From the sequence record SRR20825006_932: a stretch of DNA of 35,680 nt. One strand, given 5' to 3'. A model generated the notes under the pieces. It searched no databases, had not been told where the DNA came from, and saw nothing but the letters and a program-made list of their open reading frames with translations. Each line of letters begins with the position of its first letter. Position 1 is the stretch's first letter. This document shows, one piece after another, positions 18,074-28,900 of this stretch. The position numbers were made by a program, and so were the translations under genes.

Positions 18074-18823
18074 CTAATCGTCCGATGTTAGATTTTCAAA
18101 TATACGCTTAACCTGTAAATCACCGAATCCGTAGATAGCTTCGCGTTTCCAGAACTCCGGAAATACGATATTGAAATCTTGAGTATTTAGCTCTTTCATA
18201 ATATGCTGAAGTGTTTTTTCAGGCCGACCTAAGTTTCCATGTTGAGGAAACCGTTGTATGTGAGCAGAGATCGTTTCTGGGAGAAAAGGGAAAGCAAACT
18301 GTAATTGCTTTGAAAGAGATTGGAGCGTTTTGAAGTCTGACTTTTGATATTCCGTCCATAATTGACTAAAGAGAGAACATTCTTTGCTAGTTAGCTTTGT
18401 AGCTTGTTGGAACGCAGATTCTAGCTGAGAGCTATTCATCGCTCCAAAGCCATATTTAATGGATGTTGTTGGCTGTACGAAATAAACGTCATGAGATTTA
18501 TTCTGTAGAAGAGAGCAAACAAACCACATGTTTACTTGGCAAAAAAGGTCATGTTCAAACCAAAGGTAAACAGAGCTATGTTTGGGTAACTGCTGGATTT
18601 TATGGAATTCAGAAACTGTTTTACTGAAATAATCAGCTTTGGAAAATTCAGGGTAGGCTGTAGAAATGAAAGTCGCTCGAGATTCAAAAAGAGCTTCTAA
18701 AGTGTTTCCTGAGACATCTCCATCAACTAAGCACTCCCGAGCAACAATGTGCTTTCCACTAAGCGAAGAGGGGAATTGCTCTAAAAGTGCATCTCCATTT
18801 AGAATATGAAATGTGGTAGACAT
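18074..18823 (-). CDS. DUF1835-like protein
   Basis: FHILNGDAL, RECLVDG, LWFEHDLFCQVN and YGFGDLQV motifs. Confidence 0.8.
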   Translation of the reverse strand: MSTTFHILNGDALLEQFPSSLSGKHIVARECLVDGDVSGNTLEALFESRATFISTAYPEFSKADYFSKTVSEFHKIQQLPKHSSVYLWFEHDLFCQVNMWFVCSLLQNKSHDVYFVQPTTSIKYGFGAMNSSQLESAFQQATKLTSKECSLFSQLWTEYQKSDFKTLQSLSKQLQFAFPFLPETISAHIQRFPQHGNLGRPEKTLQHIMKELNTQDFNIVFPEFWKREAIYGFGDLQVKRIFENLTSDD

Positions 18824-18907
18824 GAATAAAGAATACTCTAAAAAAATTTTAATTAAAAGGGAAGGTTAAACTAGATATGGAATGTGTGAGAATTAGTTTT
18901 GTGGCAT

Positions 18908-18944
18908 AAAAAAAGCCGTCAAAGTAGTTACTTTGACGGCTTTT
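18908..18944 (-). terminator. Rho-independent terminator of the Na/Pi cotransporter gene
   Basis: AAAAGCCGTCAAAGTA-gt-TACTTTGACGGCTTTT perfect inverted repeat with a 7-U tract on the minus strand, 15 bp past the stop. Confidence 0.92.
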
Positions 18945-18959
18945 AAAATTGTTGAGCTG

Positions 18960-20672
18960 TTAATCATCGAGAAGAGCGAATTCTTTCTCTTTCTCGCCAG
19001 TAATTGCTTCACTTACGTTGATGATGTGATCACCCACCTTTTCGCAAGAGTAGAAGAAATCTTTATACACAGAACCACTTTTCACATCGTACTCGTTGTC
19101 TTCCATTCGTTTAAGGTGTTTCTTGTAAAGCTTCTTTTTTGTAGCGTTGATAATGATTTCTTTCTCAAAGGCAGCAGCAATGGTAACTGTTTCTGGATCG
19201 GCGTTAAGATTATAAATCATAACAGCAAAAGCCTCGTCTAAGCTGTCTAGAATTTCGTAAACGCCCTCTAGTTGTTTGTTATTAAAGGCTACGTCATCTT
19301 CAATCATACGGCCAAAATCTCTCGACATTTGATAAATAATGTCACCGATTCTTTCAAGATCATTACTAATGCTTAGAAGTCCTGCAACCCTTTCCTTTGA
19401 TTCACCACTAAGTTGGCCTTGAGAAACTTTCATCAAATACGCGGCTACTTCAGTTTCGATGCTGTCAGTAATCTCTTCGTATTTTTTAATTTTAGAAAGA
19501 TACTTTCTTTGTTTTTTAGATTTATCAACCTTGATAAGTTCCCTTAAAAAGCCATTCATTCGTTTGGTAATTTCACCAAATTTGGCAATTTCTTTAGCGG
19601 CTTCGCCAAGAGATAGTTCAGCAGTATCCATCATGCCAGTTCCAATATAATCAAGATGGAACTCTTCGTCGTCACCTTTAGAGGGTACCATCTTGATAAC
19701 TATTTTGGCGATAAAGCCTACAAAGCCAATAAGAAGTAAGGCGTTTACGATATTAAAAGCGGTGTGGAAAATAGATAATCCAATAGGAATTGCTTCAGGG
19801 TCATTAAATGGAGACATTCCGTAACTGGATGTCATGTAAGAATTGATAGCTGTTAAGAAGAAATGCATAAATAGGATAATCCAGGTAACTCCAAAAATAT
19901 TGAAGATAAAGTGGGCAGCAGCAGCACGTTTTGCATGTACGTTAGCAACGAGTGCTGCTAAGTTTGCGGTAATAGTAGTTCCAATATTCTCACCTAAAAC
20001 CATGGCAGCGGCTAATTCGAAAGGAATCCAACCATTGTTTGCCATTACAAGGGTTAAAGCCATAGCCGCACTTGAGGACTGAACGATAACGGTAATTAAT
20101 GTACCAATACCAACAAAAAGTAAAGTAGAAAGGAGTCCTAAGTCAGTGTAAGAGGCTAAAAATTCTAATATTTCAGGATTGGCACGTAAATCTGGAACGG
20201 AGTCTTTAAGGTAGGCTAAACCAAGGAATAGGAGAGCAAAGCCGATGAGAACTTCACCCCAAGATTTGACTTTGCTTTTGCTAACGAAAAGCATTGGGAA
20301 CCCAATTGCGATAATCGGTAGGGCATAAGCATCAATCTTAACTTTAAAGCCAACAATCGAAATTAGCCAAGCAGTAACGGTTGTACCAATGTTGGCCCCC
20401 ATAATAACGCCAATAGATTCCACCAAAGATAATAGGCCAGCATTCACAAAACTAACAACCAATACAGTTGTTGCTGAGGATGATTGCACCAAACTAGTTA
20501 AGGCAAAGCCTGTAAAAAGGCCTTTGAACCGATTAGAGGTCATTGCACTCAGAATATTGCGCATTTTAGACCCCGCAACTTTCTGAATGCTCTCGCTCAT
20601 CAATTTCATACCATAAATGAAAAAGCCAAGTGCGCCTAGTAAATGTAAGAGCTCAAATAATCCAAATTCCAT
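18960..20672 (-). CDS. Na+/Pi cotransporter (PNaS family) with C-terminal PhoU-like domain
   Basis: Two QSSSA repeats, GANIGTT and GENIGTT, and C-terminal DLERIGD and EKVGDH helical repeats. Confidence 0.95.
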   Translation of the reverse strand: MEFGLFELLHLLGALGFFIYGMKLMSESIQKVAGSKMRNILSAMTSNRFKGLFTGFALTSLVQSSSATTVLVVSFVNAGLLSLVESIGVIMGANIGTTVTAWLISIVGFKVKIDAYALPIIAIGFPMLFVSKSKVKSWGEVLIGFALLFLGLAYLKDSVPDLRANPEILEFLASYTDLGLLSTLLFVGIGTLITVIVQSSSAAMALTLVMANNGWIPFELAAAMVLGENIGTTITANLAALVANVHAKRAAAAHFIFNIFGVTWIILFMHFFLTAINSYMTSSYGMSPFNDPEAIPIGLSIFHTAFNIVNALLLIGFVGFIAKIVIKMVPSKGDDEEFHLDYIGTGMMDTAELSLGEAAKEIAKFGEITKRMNGFLRELIKVDKSKKQRKYLSKIKKYEEITDSIETEVAAYLMKVSQGQLSGESKERVAGLLSISNDLERIGDIIYQMSRDFGRMIEDDVAFNNKQLEGVYEILDSLDEAFAVMIYNLNADPETVTIAAAFEKEIIINATKKKLYKKHLKRMEDNEYDVKSGSVYKDFFYSCEKVGDHIINVSEAITGEKEKEFALLDD

Positions 20673-20740
20673 AGTCTTATATAAATGAAGTAAGTAACGA
20701 TCTACTTTGAGAATAAAAGTACATATTTAAAAGCAGTAGT

Positions 20741-20784
20741 CATGTTACCGTAATGTTAAGGATATATTAACTTAATGTAACATG
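20741..20784. promoter_or_regulatory. Back-to-back Pho-box-like repeats in the divergent phosphate-uptake promoter
   Basis: ATGTTAC (20742) and ATGTTAA (20753) 11 bp apart; TTAACTT (20767) and GTAACAT (20777) in the opposite orientation; outer CATGTTAC/GTAACATG perfect inverted repeat. Confidence 0.65.
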
Positions 20785-20850
20785 GGCTTTGTGATGTGTA
20801 ATTAATATGTCTACATTTTCGGCGAAATCGTTTGAATTGATCAGCACAAT

Positions 20851-22032
20851 ATGAAAATTACTTTTACTTTACTAGTATTAATGACAATGCTTTATGGGAT
20901 AACCTCGAAGAGTTACGGCCAAGGGACTGTAATCAATTCTTTGGGAGAGGGAATCGTTTTTACTCCAGATGACCAATCTTATGAAGTAAAACTTGGAGCG
21001 TTATTTCAGAATTTATATGTGGGGGAGCTAAATTTAAGCTCCAACGAATATGCTGACCAAATGCTAGTTCGGAGAGCGCGACTTAAACTAGAAGGCTTTG
21101 TATACGACCCGAGATTTAAATTCAAATTGCAGCTTGGGTTTAGCAATAGAGATACAAGAAACTCAAGTGATCTTGCTTTATCACAGCATAGTTCTACCGC
21201 TAACATTGTACTAGATGCGGTTACAATATTTAAGCCGAATAATAATATCGAGTTTTTATTTGGGCAGGCAAAAATGCCAGGGAACAAAGAGCGTATGATT
21301 TCTTCACAAAGTTTACAGTTTGTAGACCGAAGTGCCACAAATTCGAAGTTCAATTTAGATAGAGACTTTGGTTTACAGATTAAAAACACATTTTCTGCTG
21401 GTGATTTGGTTATTAAAGATTATCTAGCAATAAGCATGGGAGAAGGGCGAAATATTACCATATCAAATGCTGGCGGATATGCTTATACAGCAAGAGTGGA
21501 GTTGTTACCTTTTGGTGAGTTTGCGAATAAAGGTGATTTTATGGGAACAGATTTAGAACGCGAGCCAACTCCAAAGCTGAGTATTGGTACAGCTTACGAC
21601 TTTAACGACGGTGCAGTGAGAGCTCGAGGAAGAAACGGTAGTTTTGTGTATGACTTGGGTAATACACTTGTTGAAAATGATTTGAAATCGATGTTTGTAG
21701 ATGCACTTTTTAAATATCAAGGTCTCTCAGCTAGTGCTGAATTTGCACAACGTACCGGATTAGATTCTGTAACCGGTTTTGAAACAGGAACCGGAACGCA
21801 AGCTACTTTGGGCTATTTGTACAAAAACAATATAGAAACCGCTTTTCGATTCGCAACTGTTAAACCAGATGAAACAAGCTCTTCACTGTCTGAGCGAAGT
21901 GAGTTTACCTTTGGTATCTCAAAATTTATTGCAGGACATAATCTCAAGCTACAATCTGATATTACGTATTCTGATTTCAAGAGTGCAGACAATGAACTCC
22001 AAGTTCGACTTCAAATAAACGTAGCTTTTTAG
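20851..22032 (+). CDS. Phosphate-selective porin (OprO/OprP-like)
   Basis: Signal peptide, VRRARLKLEG, GQAKMPGNKERMISSQSLQFVDRS, HNLKLQSD and terminal Phe; divergent from the Na/Pi transporter. Confidence 0.85.
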   Translation: MKITFTLLVLMTMLYGITSKSYGQGTVINSLGEGIVFTPDDQSYEVKLGALFQNLYVGELNLSSNEYADQMLVRRARLKLEGFVYDPRFKFKLQLGFSNRDTRNSSDLALSQHSSTANIVLDAVTIFKPNNNIEFLFGQAKMPGNKERMISSQSLQFVDRSATNSKFNLDRDFGLQIKNTFSAGDLVIKDYLAISMGEGRNITISNAGGYAYTARVELLPFGEFANKGDFMGTDLEREPTPKLSIGTAYDFNDGAVRARGRNGSFVYDLGNTLVENDLKSMFVDALFKYQGLSASAEFAQRTGLDSVTGFETGTGTQATLGYLYKNNIETAFRFATVKPDETSSSLSERSEFTFGISKFIAGHNLKLQSDITYSDFKSADNELQVRLQINVAF

Positions 22033-22076
22033 AGTCTTTATAAATCTTGGCAAAAAGATTTCAGCACTCAGATAAA

Positions 22077-23054
22077 CTATTTCTTGAAAACAACATTCTG
22101 CTTAGGCTTGGTATCAACGGTTAGTTGGAAGATATCAGGTCGGGAATAGTGGCCGTTTGTATCAAGGAATAAATTCCCTTCTATAATACTTGAAAGGTCT
22201 AGCTCAGCAAAAATAATAGTGCTAGTTGAATATACTGGTTCAACTAAGTATTCTGAATTAGGTTTGATGACAGCACTTCCTCCTTGGAGTAATTGTTCGG
22301 AGAGTTCTACAGGGATGCTTTCGATTAAATCTAATGCCACTTGATCTTTTTTAGTTTGCAATGCTGAATGGAGTCCTGCCATCATTTGTTGCTTTGTAAG
22401 TGTACAACCAGCGGCTATCACAAAACATTGGGCTTCAAAAGCATAATGCTTGCTGGCTGTTTGGTGAAGTTCTTTAACCATCGGCCATTGGGCAATATGA
22501 ATATGCTCACCTAATTGATGCATCGCAGCTCGTGCAAGGGGCATCCAATGTTCCCAACAAACTAATCCTCCAATCTGAACTTCTTGGTCGCTTATTATAG
22601 ACAGGGTGCTTCCATCTCCCATTCCCCAAATTAATTTTTCAGTATAAGTGGGCATTAGTTTACGATGTAATTGGTAGGTTCCATCAGGTAAGAAGTAGAA
22701 GATGGTGTTGTATAAAGTTCGTCCAACTTTTTCATGCGCACCCATCACCACAACGCATTGCTCATCTTCAGCAACTTTCTGAAATGCTTCAAAGTGGGAA
22801 TCTCCAATTTCGATGGAATTTCTATATAGAATATTGAAAAGAGCTTTTGCTGGAGGAAAATCCCACAAGCCTGCTTTTGGGGCGTAATCTAACCAAACAG
22901 GATAACCAGGAAGCCAAGTTTCAGGAAATACAATCAAACGGGCGCCATTGGCAGTGGCATCCCCCACATATTTCAGTCCCAGCTGAACGCTTTCACTCAA
23001 ATTTAAAAAAACTGGTGGGTGTTGAACGATGGCAATTTTATACGGATTATCCAC
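22077..23054 (-). CDS. Nitrilase / carbon-nitrogen hydrolase
   Basis: Catalytic E-K-C triad motifs VFPETWLPGYP, HRKLMPT and VCWEH, plus GHYSRPD. Confidence 0.93.
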   Translation of the reverse strand: MDNPYKIAIVQHPPVFLNLSESVQLGLKYVGDATANGARLIVFPETWLPGYPVWLDYAPKAGLWDFPPAKALFNILYRNSIEIGDSHFEAFQKVAEDEQCVVVMGAHEKVGRTLYNTIFYFLPDGTYQLHRKLMPTYTEKLIWGMGDGSTLSIISDQEVQIGGLVCWEHWMPLARAAMHQLGEHIHIAQWPMVKELHQTASKHYAFEAQCFVIAAGCTLTKQQMMAGLHSALQTKKDQVALDLIESIPVELSEQLLQGGSAVIKPNSEYLVEPVYSTSTIIFAELDLSSIIEGNLFLDTNGHYSRPDIFQLTVDTKPKQNVVFKK

Positions 23055-23131
23055 TGTAGAAAAATTAGAATATAGTTACATGTATTTAAGATAGATTATA
23101 TTCTACGCACACGAAAAAGCAAAATAATAAA

Positions 23132-24151
23132 ATGATAGATCTTCGAAGTGATACCATTACTAAACCAACAGCAAAAATGTTGGAAGTGATGCTAAATGCA
23201 AAAGTTGGGGATGATGTTTTTGGTGAAGACCCCACCGTTAATGAGTTGCAGGTAAGAGTAGCTCACATGTTTGGTAAGGAAGCGGGTTTGTTTGTGCCTA
23301 GTGGGACAATGAGCAATCAATTGGGGGTGAAAGTTCTTACGCAACCAGGTGATGAAATTCTGATAGAGAAAAAGGGTCACATTTATAATTACGAATCCTC
23401 AGGTGCAAGTATGTTATCTGGGGTGCAAATTGCTCCCATCGAAGGAAAAAAAGGTAAACTTACGCCGAGTGATTTGGCAAATACGGTGCGCGGTCTATAT
23501 GATTGGGAACCAAAAACAACGGTACTGTGCCTAGAAAACACCACAAATAAAGGTGGAGGCGCCTGTTATACAGAGCGCGAACTAAAAGAACTTAAAATCT
23601 TTGCCGATACTCATGATCTCAAAATCCATTTAGATGGAGCTCGAATTTGGAATGCAATTACTGCAACAGGAATAAAATCGAAATTCTTTGGTGAAATAGC
23701 AGATACGATTTCAGTTTGTTTTAGCAAAGGTCTGGGTGCGCCTGTTGGCTCTATGTTGTTATCCTCAAAGAAGAATATTGATAGAGCGCGAAGATACCGT
23801 AAAATGTGGGGAGGAGGAATGCGCCAAATAGGATTGCTAGCTGAAGCCGCAAACTATGCAATCGACCATCACCAGTCGTTATTGGTTGAAGACCATAGAC
23901 GAGCTAAAGAATTGGCTTTAGTTATCAATGAGTGTGCGCAACTATCCATCGATTTGGAAAGCGTGGAGACAAACATCCTGATTTTTGAAGTGCTGACGGA
24001 AAAAGCTGTAGATGCAGTTGAAAAATTAGGCAAGTATGGTGTAAGAATGGTTCCTTTTGGGCCAAATACTGTCCGAGCTACCTTTCATTTTGAAATTGAT
24101 GATAAAGCCTTGGGAAAGGTTAAAGAAGTTCTTAAGCAGCTCTATAGCTGA
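23132..24151 (+). CDS. ltaE: Low-specificity L-threonine aldolase
   Basis: [46 protein letters not shown] and GGGMRQ motifs. Confidence 0.94.
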   Translation: MIDLRSDTITKPTAKMLEVMLNAKVGDDVFGEDPTVNELQVRVAHMFGKEAGLFVPSGTMSNQLGVKVLTQPGDEILIEKKGHIYNYESSGASMLSGVQIAPIEGKKGKLTPSDLANTVRGLYDWEPKTTVLCLENTTNKGGGACYTERELKELKIFADTHDLKIHLDGARIWNAITATGIKSKFFGEIADTISVCFSKGLGAPVGSMLLSSKKNIDRARRYRKMWGGGMRQIGLLAEAANYAIDHHQSLLVEDHRRAKELALVINECAQLSIDLESVETNILIFEVLTEKAVDAVEKLGKYGVRMVPFGPNTVRATFHFEIDDKALGKVKEVLKQLYS

Positions 24152-24208
24152 TTTTTAGATGTGTATGATTAAATAAATCTATTCAAAAAATTCGCCATAC
24201 AATAAAGC

Positions 24209-24904
24209 CTAGATTGATCGTAGTCTTATTTGATCAAGTAATTTGGCTTTAAAAGTTGAGCCCATCGGTACAAGCTGGTTCGCCACAAGAACCTGTTGGG
24301 CTTCAATTTTTTCAACCCATTTTAGGGAAACTATATAGGAGCGATGAGTTTGTATAAAATCAATTTCAGGAAGTGAATTCAAAAGTTCTTTTATAGAAGC
24401 TCGGACCATATACTTACCTGATTTAGTGAAATAGTGCACATAATTCCCATCACTTTTTAGAAAATAAACATCATTGAATAGTATTTTCTGTTTAGTACCC
24501 CCAGTGTTAACAAAGAAGAATTCATTGTTTTTTGCAACTAATGTATCCGCAGAAAGTTTATTCTTAATTTTAGTTACTGCCGATTGGAACCGTACAAAAT
24601 CAAAGGGCTTGAGAAGATAATCGATGGCTTCAACCTCATAGCTTTGAATGGCATACTCACTATGGGCCGTCGTAAATATAACAAGAGTTTTATCTGGCAA
24701 TTGATTTAGAACACTAAATCCATCAACATCTGGCATATTAATATCTAAAAAGACAAAATCGACTGGATTTTTCTTTAAATATACCAAGGCTTCGAATGGG
24801 TCACTAAACACTTGCTTAAGCTCTAAGTATTCTATTTGTGTAGCATGACTTTGAATGACATTCAGCGCCTTTGGTTCATCATCTATGGCTATACAAGTAA
24901 TCAT
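24209..24904 (-). CDS. LytTR-family response regulator
   Basis: IDDEP, FLDINMP, FTTAHSEYA and DYLLKPF receiver motifs; FIQTHRSYIV LytTR motif. Confidence 0.95.
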   Translation of the reverse strand: MITCIAIDDEPKALNVIQSHATQIEYLELKQVFSDPFEALVYLKKNPVDFVFLDINMPDVDGFSVLNQLPDKTLVIFTTAHSEYAIQSYEVEAIDYLLKPFDFVRFQSAVTKIKNKLSADTLVAKNNEFFFVNTGGTKQKILFNDVYFLKSDGNYVHYFTKSGKYMVRASIKELLNSLPEIDFIQTHRSYIVSLKWVEKIEAQQVLVANQLVPMGSTFKAKLLDQIRLRSI

Positions 24905-25944
24905 CAGTTCAGTTCTAATTCAAGGTTTGTTAAGAATTGCCCGTTTTTCTCAGAATAACTGAATGTATATTTATTCTTATAAAGAAGGCTAAGTCTTTGT
25001 TCAACATTACTAAGTCCAACTCCCGAAGAAGTCTGTTTTATACTTTGGTTTGGTAATGAATTTGAGGTGTTTAATAGGAATTTTCCATCTTTATATTCAA
25101 AACTTATGGAAATTGAAGTTTCTTGAATTTGGCTAACTCCATATTTGAATACATTTTCAATAATAGGAAGCAAAAGCATGGGGGCTATTTTTACCTCATC
25201 AAGAGTTTCGGGGGTAATATTAAGTGTAACTTCTAATTTGTTAATATCGGTAAGGCGGAGTTCCTGAAGGGCAATATACTTCTGTAGATAGTCGATTTCT
25301 TTCTGCAATGAAATAAATTCAGATTGGGCATCATGTAAATTATACCGCATTAGAGTTCCAAGTTGGGCAATCCCATCCGCAGTACGAGTGCTTTTTTCCT
25401 CTAAAGCCATGGCATATAAACTGTTCAGCGTGTTGAAGAGAAAGTGAGGATCAACTTGAGATTTGAGATAAGCTAATTCCATGGTGGCCTTTTCAGCTTT
25501 TAATTTTTCAATAAGTGCCAAATTCAAGATCCAATCTTTTGTAAATCGGTATGCAAAAGAGAGTACGAATCCTAGAGAAGTGGCTCCCAACAAGTTGAAG
25601 ATATTAAAGAATAACCCAATAAAGCTTTCTTCGCTAGAACGAGCACTTCCAAAGTAGAAATAGGAAGCTCTGAGTAATTCAAAAAATAGTATAGTTAGTG
25701 TAGAATAAACACTGTATTTAACCCACTTTTTGTGCTTTAAAAAGCGAGGGATTAACCAGAATATATTGATGTAAAATATCAATGGAACAACCATAAAATT
25801 CATTCTAATAAGTACTCTACTCTGAGCTAGTGGAGTACTGCCAAGTCCATATTCCATCATGAAAAAATAGACAGAAAGAATTAAAAGATGTATGACATAC
25901 TCTTTCTTAAGAATAGATGAGAGTGGTGGGAATGAAAAATTCAT
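24904..25944 (-). CDS. LytS-type membrane histidine kinase
   Basis: About four TM segments, then LKSQVDPHFLFNTLN, LMRYNL, IIENVFKYG and GVGLSNVEQRL. Confidence 0.95.
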   Translation of the reverse strand: MNFSFPPLSSILKKEYVIHLLILSVYFFMMEYGLGSTPLAQSRVLIRMNFMVVPLIFYINIFWLIPRFLKHKKWVKYSVYSTLTILFFELLRASYFYFGSARSSEESFIGLFFNIFNLLGATSLGFVLSFAYRFTKDWILNLALIEKLKAEKATMELAYLKSQVDPHFLFNTLNSLYAMALEEKSTRTADGIAQLGTLMRYNLHDAQSEFISLQKEIDYLQKYIALQELRLTDINKLEVTLNITPETLDEVKIAPMLLLPIIENVFKYGVSQIQETSISISFEYKDGKFLLNTSNSLPNQSIKQTSSGVGLSNVEQRLSLLYKNKYTFSYSEKNGQFLTNLELELN

Positions 25945-25970
25945 AGCATTTATTGGTTAGGAAATGGAAG

Positions 25971-28900
25971 CTAGAACTTCTGCCGGTTATCATCTTGTTC
26001 AAGCTCAATTAATTTATGAAAAGGGTCTATTGCTATTTCGCCCGGTTTAGTGTCTAATACAAAGGTTAATTCATTGTTAATTTTTGAAATATTGTGTTTT
26101 CTCAAATACATTAATTTTCCAGATAAATCCATAATGCCAATATCTATATAATCATTTAGTGGAAGAGAATACAACGGTTTGTCGTTCTTGGGTGTATGTG
26201 AATTTGAAGAATTTGTTACCCTATCTGAATAAAACTTCTGGCCATTTTTATCGCTTCTATATTTAGTAATGTTGAAAGATACATTTACTTGATAGGAACC
26301 ATTCTTTAAAGGAGTTACAGAGGCACTGTTTATTCTATTATCATAGAAAGTGATGGTCTCGAATAAATCCTTGATTAGATACTGAAGTGAATCTGGTGTG
26401 CTTTTTCGAATATAATTCACCAATTCAGTAGAAGTAGTAAAGGGAGCCTCTTGAAATTTCACTTTTTTTAAATAAGATTTCAACACATCATTAAGCACAT
26501 TCTCACCTAAGTAATCACTTAACGCATAAAACACTAAGGCTCCTTTTCTATAGGTAATGTAATCTTGTTCGGGTAATGCAAACATTAATGGACGTTCATC
26601 AAATGTATCTTGAGATCTTCCTTTTAAGTATAAATCCATATCATATTTGAGAAAGGTTTCCATTTTATCTTTCCCGTGAACCTTTTCAAGAACTTTAAGT
26701 GAGACATATTCTGCTAAGCTTTCAGAGAGCATCGTTGAGCCAGGAACATCTGCTGATTCTACTTGTTTTCCCCACCAAATATGAGCTGTTTCGTGTGCTG
26801 AAACTGTAAATGGAATATTCACACCATCGCTATTTATAGTGGATGTATTAATAATAAATCCAAGCGCCTCTGAGTAAGGAATTACATTTCCGAAAACAGT
26901 AGCAAAGGTGCCGTAAGTTTTAGGGAATTCCACAATTCTGATTTGTTTATGCTGAAATGGACCAAAATGCGTAGTATTGTATTCTAATGATGCTTTTAAA
27001 CCCGCAATCATTTCCTCAAGATTGAATGAGTGGTTTTGATGATAATAGATTTCAATTGATAAATTTTTCCAAATGTCTTTTTTAACAGAGTATCGCCCAG
27101 AGTTGAAAGTGAACCCAAATCGTATTTTTGAATCAGTTTTATAATGATAGTAAGCTCGGTTTTCGGCAGTCCAAGTTTCTAACAAGCTTCCTGCTGAGAT
27201 TGCTGTCTGATTCTTGGTAGTGCTTACGATGGCTTCAAAATCAATCAAATCTGCATCGGTATATTTTGATACTCTATTTAAAGCCGAACTATCTACAGGT
27301 TCTACTGAAACTTCTTTAACAGGAAGGCGATATTTTTCTCTAACATCATTATTCTCAAGTTCTAAATTCCTATAGCCAAGCCTTGGGAACAATGAAGATT
27401 GTAGAAATGAACCATTTGACTTAACTACAGATTTAGTGGAGAGTAAGGTGTTTTGGTAATTCTGAATTGTGAACTGAAATTTTAGGCTATCTCCTGGGTT
27501 AAGTGGTTTATGGAGCGAAAGGATGTCGACTCGCACTAATGAATCGGAAACTATCTTTGAATAAGCAGCGTCTGGAATTAAGCTCGTTTGGGCTCTAAAA
27601 TCGTAGCTAATCAGTAGTGTATCAATGGGAGAGAGTGTTTTGTTAACCACCGTATAAAACCCTGTAGCTTCGAATGATTGAGATTCAGGAAATAAGTCCA
27701 TTTCTACGAATACGGAAGTTATTTTTGGTTGTTGAATCTTCTCATACTTTTTGTATCTGATTTCAGATTGCGCTCTGATTTGTTCCTCAAGCAGTGCTGA
27801 ATATCGATTATTGGGACTGTTTTCATACGAGTAAATGTTTACTCCTACAATGACGAATCCCACAAAAAGTATAGAAATATAGAATGCTAATTTTCCTCTA
27901 AATCGATGGAAAGAAATACCTACTCGTTCACTTAGAGATGACGTTAACTCACGTTCCCAGAATAGAAGTGCACTCAAGAGAAATGAACCACTTAGAATAC
28001 CCCAATACAGTTTGTAAGTAAAATAAGGAGCTAGGGAAGAGCCATATGCATCCAAATCAGAATAGGAAACATTAGGCGCCATATTGAATTTGAATACAAG
28101 TTGGTCGATACCAATCTTGGAAAGCTCTGGAATGCTTAAAAATGTAAACAGTAAGAGGAAGAAGCCAAGGTAGGTGTTAGAGATAATGCTTTGAACCAAA
28201 AATGCTAACGCCGCAAAAAGTACCAGTGTAATTAAGTTGACTACAAAGAGTTCAAAAAGATAAAGTCCAATTTCTAAATGATAATAGCCTTGGGAAAGTT
28301 GAACAGCGATTCCCGCAAACATTATGAGGGAAAGTAAAAGCATCTGCACTTTTATAAGCGCTGTAAATTTTGAGGATAAGAATACCCAATTTGGAACAGG
28401 TGTAGAATCTATCAACTGGTTGATACCTGCATTACGGGCTCTGTGAATGAGCAATCCTGCGTATAGAAACGTGATTACAGAAATTATAAAGGAAAATAGC
28501 TGTATGGGTAATTCTAACATTTTCCATGTAACTGGGTATGATGACACACCAAAGGCTTCATTCATTTTTGATAAAGCAAAGAACCCAAATAATAAGCTTG
28601 TCAATGCTAGTATTCTAAAAGACCAGTCTCCGAGAATGAATCTAAAATCATGTTTAGATAAGAACCATACATTCTTAATATTTTGAATGTTGGAAAAGGA
28701 AAGAGTTGCTCTAGATATATTCAGAGTTGGTTTTTTTAGTGAAGATAATTTTAAAACAGACCTACTTTTCTTGTTTCTAGAGAATAAGGGGGCTGATGTT
28801 TGGCTGAAGTTAAAAGTGCGATATAAGAAAACAATTACTAATAATGAGATGCTTAGCCAACATATCCTATTCCACAAGAATAAAGTACTGAAAGGAAGAG

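Noticed and set aside
18933..21389. ORFs antisense to the Na/Pi transporter and porin (e.g. 18933-19241 +, 21006-21389 -)
   Set aside because: They overlap well-supported genes; one starts inside the terminator hairpin; none has recognisable motifs.
22042..22061. AAATCTT/AAGATTT hairpin between the convergent porin and nitrilase genes
   Set aside because: AT-rich 7-bp stem without a clear U-tract; too weak to call a terminator.
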